DNA from: Phallusia mammillata
Lineage: Eukaryota
NCBI GenBank assembly: GCA_965637545.1
Contig: OZ281501.1
Location: forward strand, 992,001 to 1,056,000
Direction of reading: 5' to 3'
DNA: 64,000 bases
The position numbers were made by a program, and so were the translations under genes. A model generated the notes under the pieces. It was given only the letters and a program-made list of their open reading frames with translations. It was not told the origin of the DNA and did not search any database. Positions within the stretch are counted from its first letter, which is position 1. Every line of letters starts with the position of its first letter. Shown here piece by piece: positions 28,515 through 45,482 of this stretch.

Positions 28515-29132
28515 ATTGCTGAGCTGTTGTTAAAGTCTTGATCCAAATTAACATTTGTTTTGTAAAATTACAATGTTGTCTACCTTAAGCTGTAAATGTA
28601 TGAAAACTTCCATTAAGTTGTAACGATTTCGTTTTATGCACGTTTTCAACTACTTCTGTATGGAGAAGATCTTAGCTGTTTATAGTAGTCTATCACGAAC
28701 ATTGGTCAGTCAGTTGGCAAGATGCCCAGTTTGACCCTTACTCTGCCAAACAAGCGTTAAACCGAATCGGAGGTTAGGCATTTCCACTCGTGATTGACCG
28801 GTTTTTGCGGACCTATAGCACGGTCACCATACTAAGAATTTTGAGCAATTTCTTGCAAGAGTTTTATGCCTAAGGCGACCAACACAAACTATAGCCTTCC
28901 AGCTGTAATTAACTTACACGACTATATGTTCTTCCTTGGGTCCTAAGTGCATTAAAGGATGTAATCGATGATTTTTTTAGTTACTAAAATTTAGTAACTT
29001 ACAAAGTAGCTCGCTTTTAAAACTTGACCAAAGTTATGGTCATTCGGTTAGAAAATATTGCAACTTCGCAGTAACTTTAATATCAAGCAAATTGCCAGCG
29101 ACGTAGAGTAAAACGTATTCATTTTTATTAAA

Positions 29133-29169
29133 ACAGACGTTTCGACAAAACTATTGTCATCATCAGTGT
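29133..29169 (-). ncRNA. Minimal type I hammerhead ribozyme motif (Penelope-like element type)
   Basis: The - strand reads ACA-CTGATGA-T-GACAA TAGTT TTGTC-GAAACGTC-TGT: intact core, 5-bp stem II, palindromic ACGT stem III, GUC cleavage triplet, 3-bp stem I. Confidence 0.6.
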
Positions 29170-29319
29170 AAAATGTAATGCACCAGCGGAAACGCGCTTG
29201 TTTTTTATAGCAGGTGCATACACAACAAATCACCCCAAACCCAAAGCACAGTGCTTTTAAGTGAACATGGTCCACAGCAGTGTAACAATGTAACAAATTG
29301 GCATTATTTAAATCAAGGA

Positions 29320-29670
29320 GTCGAACCTGAACCCGCGAACCGGTTTGAGTGGTTAATTTCATTAAACCCGAATCGGAGTTGAACCCCATATTTTGTTTGG
29401 CGTTGGACCCGAACCGGAACTGAACCAGTAAAAAATCCAGTCTGTTTTATATTTTGTGAAGTTTTTTGGAGCTTGATAAGGCCAGGTAGATGATAGGTAT
29501 AGAATTAAAATTAAACTAATGAAAATTCGAACCGGTTTGAAAACCGCAAACCGGATAATTTGCCTAAACCGGAACAAAACCCGAAAATATACATTTTCAA
29601 AAACCTGAACCGAACCTGAACCCTTAAAAACAAAACGAAATAAACACGACCCGAATCTGAACCCATATGA
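29320..29670. repeat. Array of degenerate AACCG/AACCC(TG) motifs, probably a decayed MITE
   Basis: Many copies of gaaccg/aacccg/aacctg words in one orientation; a related patch lies at ~26145-26200. No termini or TSD found. Confidence 0.45.
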
Positions 29671-30231
29671 CAAGCGGTTGGACTCCCCGAATTAATTATT
29701 GTTTCCTACACCAATTTGTTGCCTACTTACAATAATAATGTTCTTGGACTTGGGAAAAACCATGACCAGCAAACACAGCAGTAGGCTAGTTGCTGGTGAA
29801 TAAAAAAAATCAACTTGAAGCAAGTAAAATAACTTGTGCACAACCATAATATTTTGTCTTCTGGTTTAAACATAGTTGATTGTTGCTTTATATAAGTTCT
29901 AATCGTTGCAGTGAAACAATTTTCGGGAGTTTTCAAGACATTGCTTTGTTTTGAAAGTAATTATTTTTTGAAACATGGTGACCAGCATTAACCGCAAGCA
30001 TGACTCAGCATTTTAAGTTCGGCGTTTTTTCTGTACAGGAATGTTTTTGCAAACTTTGGGAGGAATTTTTTGTGTAATAACAACTTTTTGCAACAGTTTG
30101 TTTAAACATTAAGGCTCGCCCGGAATTTTTTTTGTCTTTGCTTTATTACCGTTTATTGCCTGTTCAAAACTTGCCAAAATTAACAGTAGTCCCTCACTCA
30201 GGTGCTGCAAATAGTTTGTTTACAAATAACA

Positions 30232-30982
30232 ATGAGTGTTTCAAAAATAGTACGTAAAGTTATTAGCACCACCAAAGCCCCAGCAGCTATTGGTGCATAC
30301 AGGTATATTGTTTGTGGTTGTTACAAGTCAAGCAAATGAGCCTATTGATTATTTGTTTTGCAGCCAAGCAGTTCAAGTTGACCAAACACTTTATGTTTCT
30401 GGACAAATTGGACTAAGCCCTGAAACATCTGATTTTGTTGGATCCGATGTAGAATCACAAACTGAACAAGTAACAAAGCTTTCTTTATGCTTTTGTGTTG
30501 CTTATATTAATTCAAAAACCTATATTAACTGAAACACTTTATTTGTTAATAGGCTTTAAAAAACATGGGGGAAATTTTATCTGCAGCCAACATGTCATTT
30601 GCTGATGGTAGGTTGGCTTTTTTATGCAAAAACTGTTTAAATGTAAAGCATTTATTATAGTTTTGGTAGGACACATTAATTTGTAAAAATTGATGCTTTT
30701 TAGTTGTCAAAACTACTGTTCTTTTGGCGGATATACAGGATTTTGCAAGAGTGAATACTGTCTATCAGAAATGTAAGTGACTTTACACAGATGAATGGCA
30801 GACTAAAATCAAACTGTGTGCATTTCACTTTAAATTATTTCAAAAAATCTAGTTGTGAAACAATTAAATATACAACTCTAGTTTTCAAAGCTCCATATCC
30901 AGCCAGAGCAGCATATGCAGTTGCCAATCTTCCTAAACTTGCAAGGGTGGAAATTGAAGCAATTGCAGTTTCATCAGATTGA
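30232..30982 (+). CDS. RIDA: RidA / reactive intermediate imine deaminase (YjgF/UK114 family), 133 aa, 5 exons
   Basis: Exons 30232-30302, 30364-30469, 30553-30607, 30704-30772, 30882-30982, all GT-AG and in frame. Motifs APAAIGAYSQAV, LYVSGQIG, VVKTTVLLAD, YPARAA (catalytic Arg), LPKLARVEIEAIA. Confidence 0.96.
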
Positions 30983-32236
30983 AATACTACAGTGCCAAAC
31001 TATGTGTCAATATTTCTGCCATGGTGATTTCTGATCTTGTTTTGAATCCAAGATTTTTGTGGTGTTTGCGTGTTCCAGTATTTTTACTTTTGTGAGATTC
31101 ATGGTACTTTATAAAGTTTAATATGGTTAAATGTTGTGTTCCCTCTGTAGCTGTATATATATATTTTTCCCCAGTGAATAGGCAGCCCTGATTTCTTTCA
31201 ATTTTTTAAGCTTACAGAGTTGGGGACTTTAATTTAATTCAAAACCTAATGTTCCTCTGGGTTAAAGCAAAGGTGCTTAAATTTTATTCCACATGGGTTG
31301 GCATTGTATGGGAACCAACAAAATATGATAGTAAGACTGGTGGTTTTGTTCACTTAACTTTTGAAACTGTACCGCATGCAGACATTTCAGAATAACCTCT
31401 TTTTTTCTTGTGAAGATAGTTGCAAATTGTGAAGTATTTTCAATATTGGCAGTTGGTCCATGAAATTCCTTCTTGTTTGGATCCAGCTTTGTGTCTGCAA
31501 CAAATGTCTGCAACTCCAATTGTCATATTTTTTTTTGGTATAAGTTTTAGGTATGTCCAAAAACAGAAACAAACCTGACAACAGAACTGCCAGTCGCAAA
31601 ACGGCAAATACTACGAATAAATTGAATAAAGTTAAATTGAAACGCAAGAAATAATAAACAAACAAACAATGGCGTTTTACCAGATAAACAAGAAAAAAAA
31701 AACATTTTTCAAGAAACGAAATAATATCAGTATCTATTGTCCGACTTGAGATAAATGTTTCGAAAATAACCTAGGGTTTTAGCATTTACTTTGTTTTTCA
31801 AAACAGCTCGGGCAGGCTAGGTATTTATTACCAAAAATAAGCAACGATTTGTTTGTTAATGTGTAAGTAGGTCACGATGAATTACATTCCGAGTAAGGTA
31901 CATATAGCTTAGGGCTGGTAAAACACGTTACACATGTCAGCATTTTGTCCTGCTTGTGGCAGATTTGATTGGTCGACGTTAAAACCGCTGTTACATATAT
32001 CTTTATTGGCAAGTTTTACCGAAGAAATAACAACCATTCAAAAACGCAGGCATTCTTAATTAATAGTGAAGCGTATAGGTTATTGTTTTTTCGAGGTATT
32101 TTGACACGTTGTCAAAACCGTATTATTTATTTTAGCCGCCATGTTATTTTTGGCGAACAGCAAGAAAGGTAACATTCATGAAATATTAACATTAAACGTG
32201 TTTCATTAGACGTTGCTGCAATAAAAGAGTTGCAAA

Positions 32237-35200
32237 ATGCCACTTCGAAGTCCAATGCCGGATTTGGTAATTCCTAACATCAGTTTTAGTGATTATGTGT
32301 TTTCGAATCTTGCTAGAAACGGGAATAAGGTTACCGTGGTAAGTCACTTTCATCTCAAGGTTATTAAACCGTCTAAGCGGTAAACTATGAGCAAACTTTA
32401 TTGGTTTAACAGTTGCTGTTTGACTTCAATTTTGTTTCATGTGTATGGTCTAATTGGTGTTATGTCTTAACATTGGTGGGTTTAAGAAGCGTTTTTAACT
32501 TGTCATATTCTTGATGTGGAATTCCTATATTTTTCTCAGATTGACAGTTCAAACAATGACAACCAGTACACGTCCCAGGAAGTACTTGAGAATGCCATGA
32601 AATGTGGGAGTGCATTTTACCGCATGGGGTTGAGGAAGGGTGATGTGGTGGCAACTTGTCTCACAAACTGTGCCGAATACGCTTTAATAGTGATGGGAGC
32701 GAATGCATGCGGTGGAATACTTACTACGTCAAATCCAAACTACACCAAAGGTTAGCTTAAAGCTTGTATCAATTTATTGTGAAGTTGATTGATTTTACCC
32801 AAATATGTGGCACCAAAAATGTTTCCGGGCTACACACAGTGCACACAGTTTCGATCTGTAAGGACTCATTAGTGTAGCTGGTGACCAGATGTCGCGTATG
32901 TGCCACTGTAGCTACACATTTTCTAAAATCAAAAACAGCAATGCAACTTATACATTGTAGCCTATAGCGTAACATGTATTATTTTTAGGTGAACTTTCCT
33001 TCCAGTACAAACATTCCGAACCCAAATTTGTTTTCTGCAATTCTGAGAACTACGTCAAAGTAAAAGAAGTTTGTTCAGAACTTAATTCTGTTAAGGTAAG
33101 TTACCATTATACTTTGTTTTATACTAGTAATAACAGAGTACACATTATGTCACTTTGGCAGGAAATATTTAACATGGAAGACAAACCAAATCGAAAAACA
33201 TTTTCCAAATTTCTTGCAAAGGGAAATTTCAAAGGTTAGACATTATATTATACAAGTACTAATGTAGCTTTTGCTTCGGTTGAATAATTACATAAGATTC
33301 AACTTTGTTTATCATACTTTCCTCTCGACGTTTCTGTCGACCCGGATGATGCGGCTTTAATCCTCTACTCCAGTGGAACCACTGGGCTTCCTAAGGGCGT
33401 CATGCTCACTAACAGAAACCTGGTTTCAATTTTTACCGAATGCGAGTAGGTTGACTCGGGAAAAAAAAGTATAAAATTTAATAAAAACAGCATAACAACC
33501 AGTTTTTTCGCACAACTTTATGTTTAGCTTATATAGACTCGTCAGAGCGTATTTCATTTAAAAGAGTCGATATCATTCGCATATAGGGTAGTAAATTACT
33601 TACTCCCACAGCGCTGAAGCATTTATCCAGCCCGAGACTCGTGTTGGCGGTTCGAATCCCACCGCAGGCTAGTTTTTTTCTAGCCTACGCCTTGCCATAT
33701 GGGAATGCTTGGTGACCGGCTGATTCAGTATATCGCCTTCAATAGACCTGTCGTGCTATAATTTGTGTTAAAGTTATGTTTCGTACTTAACTTGAAATAA
33801 TAATTTACCTATCAGGGGCGCGTTTCGACTTTCTCGTCTTGATATCCTCTACCTGGTGCTTCCCATGTACCACATCTTTGGGATTATGATGTCATTTCTG
33901 GTGATGTCATCAGGAGCTAAAGTTGTTCTAAAGAAACGTTTCGACTTCTTGCAAATGTTGCGAGACATTCAGAAATACAAGGTCTTTGTTTTCTTGCAAC
34001 TTTTTTCATGCAACTTTTTCAAAATCAGTTCATACTAGTTCGACTATTAAGGTCTCATCAGTGCAGCTGGTGACAAGAAACTGGCCGTATTGGGTAGTGT
34101 ATGGACACTCTGCAACCGGCTGCACTAATGGGACCTTAGGGTTAATTGGTCAAAACAAAGGGTTAATTCTGTCTGCAGCTTGCCTGTAATGTAAAAGATC
34201 GATACTGGTATATTTCCTAGTAACTGCAATGTTGTTATATTTTGAAGAATAGATCACCACTTTTCCTGCAGTCCCACCCATTATAGTAGGAATGGACCAA
34301 CTGCCATCAAATCATGGTTTCGATATTTCATCTTTAAGAGAACTTTGCTCTGATGCTGCTCCGTTAGCTGAAAGTGTGGCGTTGTCTGTGTCCAAGAAAT
34401 TTAACGTCAACATTACGCAAGGTAACTTTAACCATACGTTGCTCACTTCAACGAAGAAGTATATTCGCAAAGTCATGTCTATCAATTTGCAATGGCATGA
34501 AACATTAACATCAAAGAGAAACCACATGACTTATTCTTTGTTTTTCGCATTTAAGATCATTGGGATGTTGTTGTTTTTTCACCGCCAAGTTGTATGAACT
34601 TCTTGTTAGATTAACTGTAGCGTTAATATGTATCTGAAAATTATTGTCTGTTGTTGTATAGTTTGGGGTTTGACTGAGGGAACACCTGGAACTCGACACA
34701 TGGACATTTATACTCCTTTACTGTCAATTGGAAGTGTCGCACCAAACACTTTGTTGAAGGTAAATTGTTATGTGGTTGACTATACGGTGTTGCTTTGTTC
34801 TGAGTCCCAATTACTTAACAATTTTACACAACCCATGCCGGCGCATTTCTTCCCTTTAAGCCACCGGTCGTCGGTTCGAATCTCACTTAAGACTTTATCA
34901 TCAGTGATGGATAAATAAACCTGTTGCATTTCTTTGCGTTGTCAGATTATTGATCCAGATAGCGGAAGGGAACTGGGTCCCAATGAAGACGGTGAAATTT
35001 GCATTAAAGGCCCACAGGTAAACTGCACATAATCTCGTAACCGTCAACACATTGCAAGTTGCTTCATTTATGTTGTAGTTGATGAAAGGTTATTACAAGA
35101 ACCCTGAAGCAACAGCTAAGACGATTGACAATGAAAGCTGGTTACATACAGGAGATATCGGACATTACGATGATAACGAGTTTATCTACATCGTTGATCG

Positions 35201-35659
35201 ACTGAAAGAGCTGATAAAGTACAAAGGATTTCAAGTGAGTTTGATGAAAATACACGTGTGTTGAAACAGATCACCTAAAACCTTCGAATTCTCACTAGGT
35301 GGCACCAGCTGAATTGGAAGACGTATTGTTACGTCATCCAAAGATTACTGACGTAGGAGTTATCGGTATTCCCGATCCTAAAGCAGGGGAATTACCCAAA
35401 GCTTATGTTGTCAGAAAAGACCCAACTCTCACAGAGAAAGAAATCCACGAATTTATCAAAAGTAACAGAATATCGTATCATTTTTCAGTATCTGAAAAAC
35501 ACGTTTTATTCTCTTTCAGACAAAGTTACAAAATTTAAGTATCTTCGTGGGGGAATCACCTTTATTGACGTCATACCCAAGTCTCCCAGCGGAAAAATTT
35601 TGCGTCGCGTTCTAAAAGATATGGAAAAGAAAAAAATCGAAATATTGAGCAGTTTTTAA
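32237..35659 (+). CDS. 4CL/luciferase-like acyl-CoA ligase copy A (12 exons, probably damaged)
   Basis: Exons 32237-32338, 32540-32750, 32989-33095, 33162-33234, 33316-33445, 33816-33981, 34253-34421, 34662-34759, 34946-35017, 35079-35234, 35299-35461, 35520-35659 (528 aa). AMP-binding [46 protein letters not shown]. The exon 5 acceptor reads CAT rather than CAG, and a +1 A shifts the C-terminus. Confidence 0.85.
33607..33772 (+). mobile_element. tRNA-derived SINE-like insertion in intron 5 of copy A
   Basis: Pol III B-box GGTTCGAATCC at 33649-33659; a close paralogous copy lies at ~43316-43470 in the same intron of copy C. Confidence 0.6.
34028..34179. ncRNA. Inverted pair of degenerate hammerhead motifs in intron 6 of copy A
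   Basis: - strand 34067-34028: GCTGCA-CTGATGA-GAC CTTAATA GTC-GAAC TAGTA-TGAAC. + strand 34119-34179: GCTGCA-CTAATGG-GACC..GGTC-AAAAC..CTGTC-TGCAGC. Both have core mutations. Confidence 0.5.
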
Positions 35660-35769
35660 TTAATAAATACAATAACTTGGTACGATTTAAAACCAGCTTA
35701 TTAATTTTATTGCAGGAACAAATAATGCTTAGAAGATTGAAGTAAAGTCTTGATATGGACGTAACTTAC

Positions 35770-35864
35770 CATGGTAACCTTATTCCCCCTTCTAGCGAGA
35801 TTCGAAAACATATAATCACTGAAACTGATGTTAGGAATTGCCAAATCCGGCATTGGACTTCGAA
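35770..35864 (-). pseudogene. Orphan exon 1 of a 4CL-like gene
   Basis: [31 protein letters not shown] followed by a GTAAGT donor. The usual ATG-CCx-CTT start is replaced by a T-run, and no exon 2 follows. Confidence 0.8.
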
Positions 35865-36790
35865 AAAAATAAAATGTAAACTTCACAGACATCCGCTCAC
35901 GGCCCAAGTAGAATTAATCTTCAGAAACTTGTCGATTTCACTTTAACAGTTAAGTAATATGCAGACAGATCCATACACAAAAAGCAATCATATGTGGTAC
36001 AGCCTATACTTAACATTACAATGCCTTCAACAACCTTAGCAAACTCTGTCTATTGTTACGTTGGGTTGCACAGAAATACGGTCGAAACTTGTGGTGCAAA
36101 CATATTTTCGCTCTAGTTCCGTCACTACGAGTTAGCGACAACGCTCAAATAAACCGTATAAAGCCAGCCTACATTGTTTGTCGTAGGTCGGTCAGTGATT
36201 GACCAGGGCAGTTTAAATTTGTACCTGAACCAAGCAGACAAGCAGTCCTAGTGTTAGGCAAATTTACAAACGTTTCTGTCAAAGTTCCGCAATATAAAAT
36301 ACCTAATATAAATGTCTAATATAACAATGCTGAGTGAGAACGAAAGTCAATAATATAGTATATGCTACCGTACAGTTTGGCACAAAAGTAATCATTCGAA
36401 CGATTGTCAACAAAGAGATTTAGAAGGCTTACACAAAAAAACGCCTGTACTTTGCACGAATTAAATCCAGCTTCCGAAACAAAAATGAAAAGCTATTAAT
36501 TAACGAAGCAATTCTAACTTCACAACTTTACATTTGATCCAACTTGTACCACGTCATTGCTAAGCACCGACCACAGCCATAAAGCCATTCTACTGAAAGC
36601 ACACAGTCGTGCAGATTTGACACTCTTATTAGAAAAAAATAGTCTTTGGAAATAGTAATTGAAGTCGTCTCGTTGGATGGGGTTAGACTTTTTGAAGTTA
36701 CACCTAAGTACCTCACGGAAAGAGCAGGAAAAATAAAAAAATATTACACGATACGTAAATAAAGTTAAGAACATATGAATTGAGATTGAT

Positions 36791-39759
36791 TCAGTATTTT
36801 GATGAAATTTTTGTTTCCTCCACTCGACGCCTCAAAACCCTGCGCAGAATTTTACCACTCGCTGACTTTGGAATGGCATCAACAAAGGTAATTCCGCCGC
36901 TGAGATATTTAAACTTCGACACCTTATCTGTTAAATGACAAAGCACTTTTGAACATGACCAAGCATTTGAAAGCGGAAAAAAATAATGCGATTTAAACCT
37001 TTCAAAAACTCATGAATTTCTTTTCCTGTGAGATCTGGATCTTTTCTCACAACAAAAGCTTTGGGTAATTCCCCTGCTTTGGGATCGGGAACACCGATGA
37101 CAACTACGTCAACAATCTTGGGATGACGTAACAATACGTCTTCCAGTTCAGCTGGTGCCACCTAGTGACAATTAGAAAGTTTTAGGTGATCTGTATCAAC
37201 ACACGTGTATTTTCATGAAACTAACTTGAAATCCTTTGTACTTTATCAGCTCTTTCAGTCGATCAACGATATAGATAAACTCGTTATCATCGTAATGTCC
37301 GATATCTCCCGTATGTAACCAGCCTTCACTGTCAATCGTCTTTGCTGTCTCTTCAGGGTTCTTGTAATAACCTTTCATGACCTACAACGTATAGAAACAC
37401 CTTGAAATGTTTTAGCTGTTAAAAGGTTGTGTGCAGTTTACCTGTGGGCCTTTAATGCAAATTTCACCGTCTTCATTAGGACCCAGTTCCCTTCCACTGT
37501 TTGTATCAATAATCTGTCAATATGCAGAGAAGCAAAAGGTATTTATCCTACATTACTGTGTACTGGTTCTGCCAAAGGCATTCACATCTAACCATTAACT
37601 AATGTAGGATGTAGAATGAAAGAGTGGCTTTCTAACCCACGGCTGGAGGCTTAAGGGATAGAAATGCGCTATGCACAGATTGAGTGACTGTATACAGTAT
37701 TTTGTGCAAATCAGGTTCAGAACAAAGCAACAACAGTGAACACTTTACCTTCAACAAAGTGTTAGGTGAGGGGTTTCCAATTGAAAGTACAGGAGTGCAA
37801 TCATCCAAGTGATGAGCAGCAGGGACTCCCTCAGTCATACCCCAACCTAGATAACAGCAAACTGTGAACTGATATAAGGATTTGCCAATGCCCAACCAAA
37901 TCCCTTTGTAATCTTGTTGCATTTCTACTGGTAATAAAAGCCTACAAAGGCCTTAAAAAACAACTAGCTGCTGAAGAACATGACGCCTACTTGGATTAAA
38001 CAACTGTTTTGAATTACCGTTTTTAATACTGACGTTAAGTTTCTTGGACACAGACAGTGCCACGCTTTCAGGCAATGGGGCAGCACCGGTGTCAAGTTCA
38101 CGTAATGAAGAAATATCGAAGCCATGATTTGATAGAAGTTGGTCCATTCCTACTATAATAGGTGGGACGGCAATCAAACGAGTGATCTGTGCACATAAAT
38201 GTATGGGTTAGTGTTTGGTTATGAATTTTCGCAAATACACTTTCTTAAAGCAACAATACGAATGACTTTTGGTGCTTATTATTATTTTTTAAGTATGGTG
38301 GTATTTTGGTTTGTAAAATACATCATCTAACGTTTTTACATGTGGCTTATGTGCAGCTTAATTTGGCTGCATTTGTTTGCTAAATTAATGACTTTGATAT
38401 CATAGTTGGATGAGCCTAAAAACACAACCTTTATTTTTTGAGTTATAGTAGTTATTTTACCTTGTATTTCTGAATATCTCCCATCATTTGCATCAAGTCG
38501 TAACGTTTCTTAAGAACAACTTTGCTTCCTTTTGACATAACCAGGAGCGACATTATGGTTCCGTAAACATGAAACATGGGAAGAACCAGGTAGATTGCGT
38601 CGATGCGAGACCAACGCATTGATGCACTGCAATGTTGGAAAGAAAACTTAATTTTAAGATTTTGCGTTGACATAAAGTTGGCTCTGGACATGCGACTTGC
38701 CCAGTTGACATAGCTTACAATGTTTGTTTTTTTATTTTTGCTCGATTTTTGTACTTACTCGCCAATGGTCAAACTTGCAACCAAGTTTCTGTGTGTAAGC
38801 ATGACGCCCTTAGGAATCCCAGTGGTTCCACTGGAGTAGAGGATTAAAGCCACATCATCCGGGTCGACAGAAACATCGAAAGGAAAGTCTGCAAACAAAA
38901 TAGATCTTGTATATTTTACCAATTAATGCAAGAACTTGTGATGTAATGTCAAACCTTTAGAATTTCCATGAGCGAGAAATTGAGAGAATGTTTTTTTGTT
39001 GGGTTCGGCTTCCATGTTAAATATTTCCTGCCAAATATACGTGTAATGTGCAGATTTTTTAGGAATATAATATTGCATACTATTAACTTACTTTAACGGA
39101 GTGAAGCTGTGCACAAACTTCTTGAACTTTAAGGTAGTTCGCCAAATTGCAGAAAACAAATTTGGGTTCGGTTTGTTTGAACTGGAAGGAAAGTTCATCT
39201 GAAAACAACAGCAGTTTGTGTTATAGTTCCAGCGATCTTCCTTTTAGTATTTACTCCGACTAAAGCATACAGCCTACTTTTGGTATTGTTTGGATTTGAC
39301 GTAGTAAGTATTCCACCGCATGCATTCACTCCCATCACTATGAAAGTGTATTCGGCACAGTTTGTGAGACAAGTTGCCACCACATCACCCTTCCTCAACC
39401 CCATGCGGTAAAATGCGCTCCCACATTTCATGGCATTCTCACGTACTTCTTGAAACGTGTACTGGTTGTCATTGTTTGAACTGTCAATCTGAGAGAAATA
39501 ATAAATATGAAATAAGATACGTTGGCAAAACCTTCGCAAAACAACGTTGCCCAAGTTCGATACCGTTAGAAGTTTAGGTTGCTTTAAAGTAAACAACCAC
39601 CATCAAGCAAGATGTTCGGATCTCGTATGGTTTATTTCGAAAAAAGAAGTTACTTACCATAGTAACCTTGTTCCCTTTTGTAGCTAGTTTTGAAAACATA
39701 TAATCACTAAAATTGACATCAGGAATTACCAAATCCGGCATTGGACTCCAGAGAGGCAT
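36791..39759 (-). CDS. 4CL/luciferase-like acyl-CoA ligase copy B (12 exons, apparently intact)
   Basis: All 12 exons traced with GT-AG and continuous frame: MPLWSPMPD..., [48 protein letters not shown], ending ISSKY* (stop 36793-36791). Confidence 0.9.
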
Positions 39760-41641
39760 TTTACAATTTCTTTTCTCACATTGAATCTAACACAACCGTT
39801 GGGCAGCTGTCCCAACAACTCTAATAACGATACTTGGTAAATTCCTCGAGATTTTTTCACCATAAACGATCCTGTTTCCATTCAGAGACCATCTGTTACA
39901 CTAGGCTGCATGAAAACACATGCAAACAGGCCATTTTTAGAGCTCTAGTTGTTAACACTTGCCATCGGCAACCGAGCGCATGCAGTCCATGTTGGTTAAT
40001 TATTAAAATAAAAAGTTTAAACTCTCACCACGTATCTGAAACTTCGGACTGTTGTGTTTGCTTTGGGCAATAAATCCTGCACATGTTGACTTAATTTGCC
40101 GCAATAACTGCTAATTTGAAAATATCTAGGACATTTGTTTGTGACAAATATGAACGTTTACACAGACTGACCATTACGATGCAAACGTTTAGAATTAAAT
40201 TGTTCATATTCCCCGTGTTGCTAATTAGGTTTGAGTGTGAAATTTGTGAGAAACACATTGGGGGACAACTTTGCTCTCTGATGAGATTGACCGTGCAAGA
40301 CATAGAAATGTTACATTGTTCATTTAAAAACTACAATATGTTTGTGTTTCGCAGACAAAGTTTCCAAGTACATGATCTACGTTGGCGAATTGTTTTAAGC
40401 AAGTTTATTTACAACTTATTGGCATTAAACAGCACATTAAGATATGTACAGTTTTAGTTTCATCGACTCGATGTTTTATGTTTGACTACCAGTCCTGTTG
40501 ATGCTGTAAATGCGAAATATATATTTTAATGAACTTAAATTTTCATTAACTTGAATCAAGAGACACAATTAAGGTTCATTATAACTTAGCTTTTAATGTT
40601 CTCATTTGAAGTGTGAAATTTGTTACTTTTGTAGCAGACAGCTGGTTTATTCACTTCTAGTTACAATGCACTTTTGTACTTTTTATTGCGGAACTCTTTG
40701 AAAGAAACGTTTGTATATTTGTCTAACACACACTATTCTGCGACTGCTTGGCTGAGGTACAAAGTTTAAACCACCCTTATTAATCATTGACCGATTTACA
40801 ACGAACAAAGTAGACTGGCTTGACTCGAAAGGAACCAGAGCGTAAAAAATGTTTGCACCTCACATTTTGACGTTGTTTCTGTGCAACTGCAACTAAAGAG
40901 TTTCCGTACCCGCTTCTAGTGGTTGGCTACAACCGCGTCTATACCATGTAACGAAAGTAAGAAAGAGGCAAAATAGAGGCAACAACAAGTGTTAAACAGA
41001 TAAATGAAAATCAGCAATGCAAAAAAACGTTACGTGCAGTGGCATTTAGTTCAAAAGGGCATTGGCTCTGAGCGGTAAAGGTTGGCGACCCTTGTCGTAG
41101 AGTTATGAACTTAGATCTACAGAGTTTGCGAGGGTTCATAACAACAGCATCACGTGTGCTTTCTGCGTAGTTAAGGATCTGAATACATTGTGCTTAAGTC
41201 TGCAAAAGTTGATATAACTTGTGTCGTTTGTGGATGTCTGTGAAAAGCACTGACTGTGTTTGTTAATACGCTGACGATATTTTGTTTATACGTAACTGCA
41301 CACTTAGATGGATTAGATTCTGACCAAAGTACATATAGCTTGGGACTTAGTAAAACAAGTTACACATGTCAGCATGTTATTGCGCTTGAGGCAGACTTGG
41401 TTCGTCGTTTTTAAAACCGCTGTTACGTGAATCTATGTATTGGCAGTTTTTGAACGAAGACGTAACAACCATGTAAAATGGCAGGACATATCTTTATGGC
41501 ATAATGAAGCGTATGTCATTGGTTTTCTGTGTAGTTTGAAAGCGTTTTCCTGAACTGTTACATAACTTAGTCGCTATGTTGGTCTTATGCTTACGCCGAG
41601 ATCCACTACTAACTTAATATCAGCAACAAAAGTATTGCAAA

Positions 41642-45482
<3,841 letters not shown>

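Noticed and set aside
31277-31665. - strand ORFs between RidA and copy A
   Set aside because: Short, no recognisable domain and no consistent splice structure.
33607-33680. Possible tRNA gene (B-box GGTTCGAATCC)
   Set aside because: No A-box or cloverleaf could be built, and the sequence continues into a repeat body, so it is called a SINE remnant.
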